From Candidatus Pacearchaeota archaeon (GTDB lineage: Archaea > Nanobdellota > Nanobdellia > Pacearchaeales > UBA284): a stretch of 24,000 nt of DNA. The position numbers and the translations under genes are program-made. Positions 14,806 through 23,466 of this stretch are shown piece after piece (position 1 is the first letter of the stretch; each line of letters starts with the position of its first letter). The notes beneath the pieces are model-generated. The model saw only the letters and a program-made list of their open reading frames with translations, did not search any database and was not told the origin of the DNA. The stretch is from NCBI GenBank assembly GCA_026016245.1, contig CP061211.1, positions 10,930-34,929 on the forward strand. The letters are read 5' to 3'.

Positions 14806-15516
14806 ATGCTCTATTTGATTGGTTTGGGTTTAGAAAAGAAAGATATTAATATTAAAGCCCTAGAAATAATAAAGAAATGCAAAAAAATCTATCTTGAAAT
14901 TTATACAACAAAACTGCCTTATAAAAAAATAGATCTTGAAAAAGTAATTAAGAAAAAAGTAATTGATGCAAAAAGAGATTTAGTTGAGTCTGATTTTTTA
15001 ATTAAAGAAGCTAAGAAACAAAATATTGCCTTATTAATTTATGGTGATCCTCTTTCTGCAACTACTCATGTATCTTTGATGAATGAGGCAAAGAAAGCTA
15101 AAGTTAAAATACAAATTATGCATAATACATCAATTTTCAATGCGATTAGTGAAACAGGCCTTCACTTATATAAATTTGGTAAAACAGTCAGCATACCAAA
15201 ATGGAAAGAACATTATGAGCCCATGAGTTTTTATCAAACTATAAAGGAAAATTTGAATATAGAAGCACATACTTTATTGTTAGTAGATATTGATTTGAGT
15301 TTAAAAGAAGCATTAAGAGAGCTGGCTGAAGCGTCAAATAAGGAATTAGATAATAAAACAATAATTATATGCTCACAATTAGGAACAAAAAATCAGAAAA
15401 TTGTGAATGGAAAGTTTAAAGAATTAGTAAAAAAAATTCCAAGAGTTAAGGAACCTTTTTGCATTATAATTCCTGCTTCATTACATTTCACAGAAGCAGA
15501 ATTCCTTAAAATTTAG
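14806..15516 (+). CDS. dph5: Diphthine synthase (Dph5)
   Basis: 236 aa. MLYLIGLGL...YLEIYTT...LLIYGDPLSATTH...IMHNTSIFNAISETGLHLYKFGKTVSIP is the Dph5 signature. Confidence 0.9.
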   Translation: MLYLIGLGLEKKDINIKALEIIKKCKKIYLEIYTTKLPYKKIDLEKVIKKKVIDAKRDLVESDFLIKEAKKQNIALLIYGDPLSATTHVSLMNEAKKAKVKIQIMHNTSIFNAISETGLHLYKFGKTVSIPKWKEHYEPMSFYQTIKENLNIEAHTLLLVDIDLSLKEALRELAEASNKELDNKTIIICSQLGTKNQKIVNGKFKELVKKIPRVKEPFCIIIPASLHFTEAEFLKI

Positions 15517-15558
15517 ATATTCTTGAATATAAACATTTATATACCCTAAGGAACATAT

Positions 15559-16095
15559 ATGTTTACTATGAAACAAAAATGTAGCCTTTGGCGGGTTTTT
15601 GATGTATTTGTTGAAAAACCCTTAAAGATTTATTATATCAAAGAAATAGCTAGAAAAATAAATCTTGCTCCAACATCTGTTAAAAAGCATTTGTTATATT
15701 TACTCAAACAAAATTTAATACTTAAAAAGAAAGGTGAAAGGTTTTTTGGTTTTGTAGCTAATAGAGATAATAAAGATTTTTTATTCTACAAGAAGATATT
15801 CAATATAATCAGACTTAAAGAATCTGGATTTCTTGATTTTTTAATTGATTCTCTTCATCCACAAGCAATAGTTCTATATGGTTCATACTTTAGAGGGGAA
15901 GATATAGAGACTAGCGATATAGATATGCTAATACTCTCAAAAATTAAAAAAAGATTAATATTGGAGAAATTTGAGAGAATTTTAAAGAAGGGAATTCATC
16001 TTATAACTATAGCTAGTCTGAAAAAATTAACACCTGGGTTAAAAATGGAAGTAATTAATGGATTGGTTTTACATGGATATTTAAAAAATGATTGA
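15559..16095 (+). CDS. wHTH-fused minimal nucleotidyltransferase (MNT-type, putative antitoxin-like partner)
   Basis: 178 aa. N-terminal wHTH-like segment (IKEIARKINLAPTSVKKHLLYLLKQNLI) and NTase motif VLYGSYFRGEDIETSDIDMLI (GS-x9-11-DxD). TTTATATA at 15536..15543 is a possible TATA box. An alternative ATG lies at 15568. Confidence 0.75.
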   Translation: MFTMKQKCSLWRVFDVFVEKPLKIYYIKEIARKINLAPTSVKKHLLYLLKQNLILKKKGERFFGFVANRDNKDFLFYKKIFNIIRLKESGFLDFLIDSLHPQAIVLYGSYFRGEDIETSDIDMLILSKIKKRLILEKFERILKKGIHLITIASLKKLTPGLKMEVINGLVLHGYLKND

Positions 16096-16492
16096 AGAGA
16101 TATTTAAAATTTCAAAGAGCATGGGAAGGGCAAAAGCATTAAAAGAAATGGCGCAAGAAAGATTTAGTGATGTTGAAAAAGAGAAGAAAACCTACAAAAT
16201 TATAGAGCAATATTATGAAGTAATAAAAGAACTTATAACTGCATTAATGTATCTAGATGGATTCAAAACATTGAGCCATAAGGCCCTTCTTTTTTATTTA
16301 GAAAAAAATTATAATAGATTCTTCAGTAAAGATGAGTTTATTTTAATAGATGAAACAAGAAGATTAAGAAATGATATCTTATATTATGGAAAAAAAATTG
16401 ATTTAACTTTCTTGACAAATAATGAAGAAAGAATAAAAAAGATAACAAATAAACTTATTAGGATAGTTAATAAAAAACTTCCCAACATTTAA
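16088..16492 (+). CDS. HEPN-domain protein (partner of the upstream nucleotidyltransferase)
   Basis: 134 aa, all-helical. It overlaps the NTase gene by 8 nt. The conserved C-terminal segment is ETRRLRNDILYYG, where HEPN proteins carry R-x4-6-H. Arg and Asn are present, but I see Tyr where His is expected. Confidence 0.65.
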   Translation: MIEEIFKISKSMGRAKALKEMAQERFSDVEKEKKTYKIIEQYYEVIKELITALMYLDGFKTLSHKALLFYLEKNYNRFFSKDEFILIDETRRLRNDILYYGKKIDLTFLTNNEERIKKITNKLIRIVNKKLPNI

Positions 16493-16496
16493 AGCA

Positions 16497-16509
16497 AATT
16501 TTAAAAACC
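16497..16509 (+). promoter_or_regulatory. Candidate TATA box for the 1407-aa surface protein gene (leaderless spacing)
   Basis: AATTTTAAAAACC is centred about 26 nt upstream of the ATG at 16529. Confidence 0.4.
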
Positions 16510-16528
16510 TGAAAATCCTTAAAACAAC

Positions 16529-19500
16529 ATGGAAAAAAAGGTGAAGAAATTATTATTAGTGAGCATTTTTCTTGTTATGATTTTCTTGGTTTTGATGGTT
16601 AATGTTAGTGCTGCTGTTAGTTTATGTCGCAGCTCTGAGCTTGTTAAAGTATTTTGTAAGGGTATGGGTTGCCATCCTCTTTGGGAGTCTGTTGAATCTG
16701 AAACAGCATGTCAATATGAAATGTGGGGCGGCCCACCATATGCTAATTACTGTTATGATAATGGTTTTTATCCAATAGCAACAACCACACATAAAGGTTC
16801 GTCAAAAGCGTGTAGATTTGCAAAAACGATTACTGGTTGTGGCCTGTTGTATCGAAATCGTAAATGTTGGGGTATTTGTTCAAAAGGTGAAGAATATGCA
16901 TATAGAACAACAAAATATAATCATATGTTTATAAAAACTAAAATAAATGATACAGACATGATTCCAGATGCTCAGACTTGTTATAATTCTATTCTGTGCG
17001 ATTCTGGTTGGACTGAATATATTAAGTGGCATGATCATGTAAAAATAAGTCCAGGCGGAGATAGGTATCATTGTGTAAGAGTATGTGTTAAATGTGAGGA
17101 TGGATATGTTAATGTTGATAATAACTGGGATAATGGTTGTGAACCTGCTACTGGTTGTGATGCTGTTTGTTATGCTGCATGCCGTCAAAGACCATATCTA
17201 CCTACAGGGTGTCATACACCAATGATGGGTTGGCCACATCCTTTTTGTGAAAGCAGTTGCAAATGTCACTGTAGACATACCCCAGAAGATGGATGTATTC
17301 TGAATTATGCTGAAGACTGTGCTGCTCAAGGAGGAATTTGTCGTGAGATTGGTAATGGAGCAGAATGTCAGACTTTTGGTATAGAACATTGTAGTGGTTC
17401 TTGTCAGGTTTGTCAGAATGTGCTTGATGATATGCCTGATAATCATATTTTAATGATTGATTCTGATATTTCTGCTCCATTTGGCGGCTATGGAAAATAC
17501 TGTTTAAGTTTTGGAGGAACAAATAAAACAATTGATTGTGGAGATAATTGGATTACTGGAGGAGAAGGCCGTGTCACAGGAATTTTTGTTTTAGGCACTG
17601 GCCATACAATTCAAAACTGTAAAATAAAATCCTTTTACGGAGAAAGTGATGGCATTTGGCGAGGTGGGAGAGGAATACAGACTGTTTATGGTGTTAATAT
17701 TAATATAAAAAATATAGAAATAACTGATATAAAAGGTAAATCTAAATACATTCCTCCGGAAGAACCGCCAATACAATATTCAAGTAACAATAATTTTTAT
17801 CCAGAGCTAGAATTCCAAGGAGGAGGTTCTTGGGAACACTATCCAGGTGCGGGAATTGAAATATTAGCTAATACTGGACCTACTTTTATTGGAGCATATC
17901 TTTCTGATGTAAATATACATAATAATGAATGGTATGGTTTATATTTAAGACAAGGTGAGGTTAGTGTAACAAATTCAAGATTTTGTTTTAACAGTCAATT
18001 TGACATTAAAAAAGATGCTGGAAGTGTTAAATATCACTCTGGCCTTACTTGTGATCAAAATAAAGTTCCTGCTGGAGTGACTTGTGAAGAACCTTGCGGA
18101 CTTCCAGGAGAATGTGTTGTAAATTCAATAAGTGTCACACCAGATTGTGAAGGTGGTTCAAGTCCTGCCTGTGAGCTAGGTGAAGAGATAATGATAAGTA
18201 TAAGTTATTCTGGAACTGAGTGTCCTACTCCTTCTTATATTCAGGTCGATGCTAACTCTACTGGAGATCCTCTTGGTGAAAAATGTACTATTGCATGGAA
18301 ATCTCCTCCAGCATCAATCAAAGGAATGGAAACAACATGCACAAGCTCACCTTGCACAGAAAATTGGGTAATTAATATACCTTCAATTCCTTCTGAATGT
18401 TTAGGAAAAACAGTTTATGCTTGGGCAGTTGGCTTGTATGATGATCCTAGCTACACCCCAGGACATCATGTAACAGGCAACACAACTACAATTCCTTATC
18501 CAAGTTATGGTCATTTCACTTTTGCTGAAGAAGAAATACCACCAACAGAATGTAAAATTATAGATGCAGATGTTAAGACATATTGTGGAACTGAAGGATG
18601 TGATAATGGAGACAAAGTTGAATTGAATATAACAGTAGAAGATATGAGTAAGTGTGAGGCATTAAATGTCAATAAAATGCAAATAGATGCTTTTTCAGAT
18701 GCGCAATCACAACCAACAGGCATGGTTATTGGTGGAGGAGCTTTATGTAATGTTTATATGGTTAATTCAAGTGTAATAAAACAAGGTGATACTTATTTAG
18801 GAAATTGGACTGTTATAGTTCCTCAAGGCTGTCAAGGAGAAACTGTAGATGCGAATATAGCAAAAGTTTTCAATAATACTGGACAAATAGCACAAAAATT
18901 TGGAAATTTCGGATCTTTTGATTTTGTTGATGAACCTACAAACTGGTATGTACTTGAAGATATTAGTGTTTCACCTTCAGTTTTTGTTTTGAATATTACT
19001 GACACACAACAACTTGAAGTTATTGCATTAATGAAATGGGTAAAAAACAATAGCTTCTTTACTTTGGATGTAACCCAACAAGCAGATTATATTTCAAATG
19101 ATACTAGCGTTGCTTCTGTTTCAGCACTCGGCTTAGTTACTGGAATTGGAGATGGGACAGGAAAAATAACTGCAGAATACACACATTCTGAGGTCACAAA
19201 AGAAGACTCTAGTATTGTTAATGTCAGATATTTTGAAGATGATTATATTAGATATATTAATCTGGCTTTAAATAAATATGAAATTGAAATAAATGAAGAA
19301 ACAAGTTATGAAGTTAAGGCTTATTGGTCTAATGGTCTGACAACTGATATAACTTCTGAATCAGATGTTCAGAGTTTAAATCCAAATGTTGCTTCTGTAA
19401 ATCAAAATACTCATAGAGTTAAGGGAGAGGATGAAGGAATAGCCATCATAAATGCTAGCTATATTCATAATAATCTTCCTTATGGAGATGAAAAATTTAT

Positions 19501-20752
19501 AATTGTTACTGGAGAAGCAGTTGGAGAATATAATCTTTCAGTTGACACATGTGGAGATACATCTATTCCACCAGATGGAGATTGTGAAGATTTTATTAAT
19601 GTGAAAGGTGAAATAACTGTTAATCAAGAATCTTGGGGCATTGCACCACAAGAAAGATTCCCACTTCCTTCAGATAATTATAGAGTTTCTTTTGGTCCTC
19701 TTCAGGATTGGTATGAACCTGGGGAGATGTCAGTATTTTTGCCTCCAAATGTTTCTTTGATGGGTATTTATACTAAAGAGCCTGTGGAGTATGCTCTAAT
19801 AATTGTCCAAGCTAAAGATGAACAGACAGGACAATTTATCAATGCTTTAATTAACTTATATCTTGAAGATGATCTTGTTAATTCTACTATAAATGATGTG
19901 AGATATAATTATTCAGAGACATATCCTATTGAATTCACAGCTGAATTTGAAGACCAAAGTGGTTACATTACACCATCTAATTTAACAATAACAATTTATG
20001 GAAATGGAATTTATTTCTTTACAGTTTATTATGAAAAAGAAGCAGTTGGAGAATGTTTCTGTGAACCAAAGCATGTTCCTTGTGGTTTTTGTTATGATTT
20101 TTATTCTGAATGTGATGGCCCTCCACAAGGACCTGGACAAATAATTCCTTGTTCACCTGGTTGGATATGTAATTATGTGACAGGAAAATGTCAACCAACT
20201 TCAACCCAAGATGAGTGTCATGATAATGCTACTACTTGTAATATTATCACTGGTTGTTATTGGGATTATCCAGACATCCCTCCTCCTTATTGTAAACATT
20301 GCCAAACAGAAGGTCCTGAAACATGTTCAGGTTATGATAATCAGGGAACTTGTAATTTAGATCCTTGTGTTGTCAAGAATGTTGGTTGTCCTTCTGGTGC
20401 TAGTGACTGTAGATGTGAATGGGAAACTGATGAATGTATTCTTAAATATCAACAACAAACAAATGGAGATTTTTGTGAGATAACTTTAAGACAGGGGACT
20501 TGTGAAGAAGGTTGCCAAGGAAAAATAAATTATAGATGGCAAAATTATACTTGTGATCCTGGTTCATGTTCAGAACAAGCTTGCGTGGATTTAACCTATC
20601 CTCCCCCAGATTATACAAAATCAGAATGTGTGATTTGTCCGACACCTTTTAGAGAGCTTCCATTTTTTTCATGGTGGAATATTTTAGCTGTTGTGTCTGT
20701 ATTGATAGTGTTTTATATATTCATGCTTAGAAAAAAGAGAATTAATTATTAA
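16529..20752 (+). CDS. Giant secreted, C-terminally membrane-anchored surface protein (Cys-rich caps, beta-helix region, duplicated module, two Big_2-like domains)
   Basis: 1407 aa.
- N-terminal signal peptide: KKLLLVSIFLVMIFLVLMVNVSA-AV.
- About 30 Cys in the first roughly 300 aa.
- Parallel beta-helix-like repeats: TGIFVLGTGHTIQNCKI, NINIKNIEITDI, AYLSDVNIHNNEWYGLYLRQGEVSVTNSRF.
- Two Big_2-like domains: ISNDTSVASVSALGLVTGIGDGTGKITAEY and VQSLNPNVASVNQNTHRVKGEDEGIAIINASY.
- About 28 Cys in the last roughly 200 extracellular aa.
- C-terminal TM segment WWNILAVVSVLIVFYIFML followed by RKKRINY.
- Many N-x-S/T sequons. Confidence 0.85.
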   Translation: MEKKVKKLLLVSIFLVMIFLVLMVNVSAAVSLCRSSELVKVFCKGMGCHPLWESVESETACQYEMWGGPPYANYCYDNGFYPIATTTHKGSSKACRFAKTITGCGLLYRNRKCWGICSKGEEYAYRTTKYNHMFIKTKINDTDMIPDAQTCYNSILCDSGWTEYIKWHDHVKISPGGDRYHCVRVCVKCEDGYVNVDNNWDNGCEPATGCDAVCYAACRQRPYLPTGCHTPMMGWPHPFCESSCKCHCRHTPEDGCILNYAEDCAAQGGICREIGNGAECQTFGIEHCSGSCQVCQNVLDDMPDNHILMIDSDISAPFGGYGKYCLSFGGTNKTIDCGDNWITGGEGRVTGIFVLGTGHTIQNCKIKSFYGESDGIWRGGRGIQTVYGVNINIKNIEITDIKGKSKYIPPEEPPIQYSSNNNFYPELEFQGGGSWEHYPGAGIEILANTGPTFIGAYLSDVNIHNNEWYGLYLRQGEVSVTNSRFCFNSQFDIKKDAGSVKYHSGLTCDQNKVPAGVTCEEPCGLPGECVVNSISVTPDCEGGSSPACELGEEIMISISYSGTECPTPSYIQVDANSTGDPLGEKCTIAWKSPPASIKGMETTCTSSPCTENWVINIPSIPSECLGKTVYAWAVGLYDDPSYTPGHHVTGNTTTIPYPSYGHFTFAEEEIPPTECKIIDADVKTYCGTEGCDNGDKVELNITVEDMSKCEALNVNKMQIDAFSDAQSQPTGMVIGGGALCNVYMVNSSVIKQGDTYLGNWTVIVPQGCQGETVDANIAKVFNNTGQIAQKFGNFGSFDFVDEPTNWYVLEDISVSPSVFVLNITDTQQLEVIALMKWVKNNSFFTLDVTQQADYISNDTSVASVSALGLVTGIGDGTGKITAEYTHSEVTKEDSSIVNVRYFEDDYIRYINLALNKYEIEINEETSYEVKAYWSNGLTTDITSESDVQSLNPNVASVNQNTHRVKGEDEGIAIINASYIHNNLPYGDEKFIIVTGEAVGEYNLSVDTCGDTSIPPDGDCEDFINVKGEITVNQESWGIAPQERFPLPSDNYRVSFGPLQDWYEPGEMSVFLPPNVSLMGIYTKEPVEYALIIVQAKDEQTGQFINALINLYLEDDLVNSTINDVRYNYSETYPIEFTAEFEDQSGYITPSNLTITIYGNGIYFFTVYYEKEAVGECFCEPKHVPCGFCYDFYSECDGPPQGPGQIIPCSPGWICNYVTGKCQPTSTQDECHDNATTCNIITGCYWDYPDIPPPYCKHCQTEGPETCSGYDNQGTCNLDPCVVKNVGCPSGASDCRCEWETDECILKYQQQTNGDFCEITLRQGTCEEGCQGKINYRWQNYTCDPGSCSEQACVDLTYPPPDYTKSECVICPTPFRELPFFSWWNILAVVSVLIVFYIFMLRKKRINY
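18946..19515 (+). other. Tandem Big_2-like (bacterial Ig-like group 2) domains inside the 1407-aa protein
   Basis: Two roughly 85-aa segments, each ending in the Big_2 hallmark (S/N)xxxxVA(S/T)Vxxx...GxVxGxxxGxAxIxAxY-like pattern. Boundaries are approximate. Confidence 0.6.
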
Positions 20753-20782
20753 ATTATTTTTTCCTGGTAAAAAAGAGGTGAA

Positions 20783-23461
20783 ATGATAAAAAAAGAAGGA
20801 GTGATTTTAGTATTAGTATTTTTTATTTTATGTTGTTCTTTTAGTTCTGCTTCTGTTATTCCTGGAAATCCTTTTTTTAATTTAAGTCAAGGAAGTTTTG
20901 GTCCAGGCCAAGTTCTTGAGGGTTATTTTAACTTTTCTTTGGAAAATGAACCTGGTAATATTATGGTTAGCGGGCAAGTTGCTGCTGAGATGAAAGAGAT
21001 GAATCTTCTTGATTTTTTACAAGAAGGAGAAGTAGATTTTAATTGTGATCCTAGTGATTGTGATGTTACTTACCAGGCATCGATTCCTTCCCAAACAAAG
21101 ACAGTAGTTCTTAGTGAAGAAGAGAAGTATTTTGGTTTAGTTGCTTTTGGTACTAATCCCCAGATTTTGAACTTAAGTTTTTATCTTACTGGACAAAGCA
21201 CTGCTAATCCTATTTGTGGTGAATCTCCTTTGAAAATTGATTTGCTTGATGATGGCATTATAGATTATGAATATAAAGAGCCAAGTGGAGAATGGTGTTC
21301 TGATTTAAGACATAGTAGATGTTATGATCCTTCTATTGCTACTGGTGTTTCTGTTTTAACTTCTACTCCTCTTTGCCAGAAAATTTCTCTGAATAAGACA
21401 GGAAGGTTAGAAGTTGCTGCTGAACTTAAAGTGTATAGTGGTGAACCTTGGGATTATGATATAGAATTTACTGTTTATGATTTAGGTGGTAGTTTAATTG
21501 GAAACTGCAGTGTTGATTATTTTTATGAATTAGAATATAGTTTTGCAAAATGTTTTATAGGTCCTGAATTTCTAGGAGAGGAATCAACATTCTTTATTGA
21601 AGAAGCAGGTGATTATCTTCTTTGTATCAGGAATAAGGGAACAAGTAGTGCAGAATATTGGATTAAAAAAGAAACTCAAGAAGAGGTTTGTGGTTTTTAT
21701 GGAGAGCCGCCTTCACAGACTTATAATGAGGATTATTCTATTTATGTTCATGAAGCTAAATTTAATGCTTTTACTGAGGAAGTTGTTTTTGATGAGAGCA
21801 TGCATCTTGGTGATGTTCCTTTAATGACTTATGTCCAGAATTATATTAATTCAGAATATGGAGGTAATTGTACTGGATTTAGTGGTTGTATTATTCCTAT
21901 AAAATTTATTTCATCAGCTAGCCAGACTTTGACATTGAGTGATATCAACTTCAAATATCACCCACAAGGCACTTCTCCAACTTATAATAATTATTTTTAT
22001 GATTTGATTGTTGAGTGGCCTAAAATTGATATGGATATACAGACAGTTCCATTCTCTATTCTTAATCTTAGTGCGCCTGAACAGCCAGGTTTCCAGATGG
22101 TTTTAGCTAAGATTGGAATAGCTTCGAGAAGTCTTGGTTTTGATGTTGCAGAAGTCCCAACAATCCAAAGTGTTAGTCCTCTTATTGTAATTCCAGGAAA
22201 GCTAACAGAATTTAGGACTGTTGCTACTGCTCCAGCTGGCAAACAGATTATTCAATATAGATGGGATTTTGGTGATGGTTCAGGAGAGCAAATGACAGCT
22301 GGGCCTAATATAACACATACATACAGCCAGATAAAAACATATATTTTAACTGTCAAGGCTCAAGATACTTCTGGTTTGGTTGGTTCAAGAACTTTTACTA
22401 TTACCAGCAATATAACCCGCGAACTTTTGAATACTACAATACAGAATTTAAGAATAAGATTGGATAATTTTGCTTCTCAGTACAATAATATTGAATATTG
22501 GTACAGAGATATGATTGGAGTGAATGTTACAATAATAAGCACAACCCTTGATGTTTTAGAATCTCAATTAGCTACAGCAACCCAAACACAGCTTCTTGAT
22601 ATTAAAAATGAACTTGATGCTTTGAATGTTCCAATATCTATAAATGATACTTTGGTTTTGAGAGATTCTCCTTATATTCCAAATTTAAATGAAATAGATC
22701 CAAGTTATGTTAGTGATATGACAGGAGAGGATTATGATTCAAATCTCAAAACAGAATATCAGAATGCTGTGGCTTTATGGCAGCAGGATAATGTTAATTT
22801 GAGATTAGGAGGAGAGGCAAAAGCTTTATTTTATGAAGATAGAATAGAAGATAAGATTACAGTTGTTAATATAAAAGTTGATCCTCTTGTTGGTATTTCT
22901 AATGCTTATGTTATTTTCTCCTTGCCTTATGGTGTTAGTTACAATGATGTCAGATTACTGCATGATGCATATGAAGTAAGTGATTTAAATGATGCTATTG
23001 GCTTTGTCTATACTGGCTTAAGTGGCTTGGAAACAATTAGTATAACATTGCCAGGCAAGGTTGATTTTTCAGATATTAATTTTTATATCTCACCTTCTCT
23101 TCAGGAAGTACAAGTAGGAGTACAACCTCTGACAGAGCCACCAAAGAAACCACCCTATCTTCTAGCAATATTTTTAATAATTGTTATTGCGATAGTTGTC
23201 CTTATTATCTTATGGTTTATATGGAAAGGCTCTGGGAAAAGAGAGAAAAAGAAGCTGTTCAAGAATCCTATGGATCTTTATCATATTACTAATTTTATTT
23301 CTAACAATCAAGCTGCTGGAGTTCCAAAAAACAAGATAATAGAGAGGCTGAAAAAAGCTGGTTGGTCAAAAAAACAAATAGATCATGCTTTTAAACAAAT
23401 TGGAAAACAGAAACCAATTTTTACACCTTCAGTGAAAAGAAGACCCACAAGAAGAATTTAA
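20783..23461 (+). CDS. Secreted, C-terminally membrane-anchored surface protein with a PKD domain and a short cytoplasmic tail
   Basis: 892 aa.
- Signal peptide: GVILVLVFFILCCSFSSASV.
- PKD signature: IQYRWDFGDGSGEQMTAGPNITHTYSQIKTYILTVKAQDTSGLVGSRTFTIT, at about nt 22150..22410.
- TM segment: YLLAIFLIIVIAIVVLIILWFIW.
- An 80-aa basic tail.
- Many N-x-S/T sequons. Confidence 0.85.
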   Translation: MIKKEGVILVLVFFILCCSFSSASVIPGNPFFNLSQGSFGPGQVLEGYFNFSLENEPGNIMVSGQVAAEMKEMNLLDFLQEGEVDFNCDPSDCDVTYQASIPSQTKTVVLSEEEKYFGLVAFGTNPQILNLSFYLTGQSTANPICGESPLKIDLLDDGIIDYEYKEPSGEWCSDLRHSRCYDPSIATGVSVLTSTPLCQKISLNKTGRLEVAAELKVYSGEPWDYDIEFTVYDLGGSLIGNCSVDYFYELEYSFAKCFIGPEFLGEESTFFIEEAGDYLLCIRNKGTSSAEYWIKKETQEEVCGFYGEPPSQTYNEDYSIYVHEAKFNAFTEEVVFDESMHLGDVPLMTYVQNYINSEYGGNCTGFSGCIIPIKFISSASQTLTLSDINFKYHPQGTSPTYNNYFYDLIVEWPKIDMDIQTVPFSILNLSAPEQPGFQMVLAKIGIASRSLGFDVAEVPTIQSVSPLIVIPGKLTEFRTVATAPAGKQIIQYRWDFGDGSGEQMTAGPNITHTYSQIKTYILTVKAQDTSGLVGSRTFTITSNITRELLNTTIQNLRIRLDNFASQYNNIEYWYRDMIGVNVTIISTTLDVLESQLATATQTQLLDIKNELDALNVPISINDTLVLRDSPYIPNLNEIDPSYVSDMTGEDYDSNLKTEYQNAVALWQQDNVNLRLGGEAKALFYEDRIEDKITVVNIKVDPLVGISNAYVIFSLPYGVSYNDVRLLHDAYEVSDLNDAIGFVYTGLSGLETISITLPGKVDFSDINFYISPSLQEVQVGVQPLTEPPKKPPYLLAIFLIIVIAIVVLIILWFIWKGSGKREKKKLFKNPMDLYHITNFISNNQAAGVPKNKIIERLKKAGWSKKQIDHAFKQIGKQKPIFTPSVKRRPTRRI

Positions 23462-23466
23462 TTTTA

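Noticed and set aside
16880-20645. Minus-strand ORFs inside the 1407-aa gene (16880..17188, 17198..17446, 17202..17531, 17591..17776, 18511..18723, 18832..19050, 20019..20204, 20442..20645)
   Set aside because: All are nested antisense within one long uninterrupted ORF that has a coherent signal-peptide, domain and TM architecture. They are shadow ORFs.
21597-22242. ORFs 21597..21824 (+, alternative frame) and 21997..22242 (-) inside the 892-aa gene
   Set aside because: They overlap a long coherent ORF that contains a PKD domain in exactly this region. No independent evidence.
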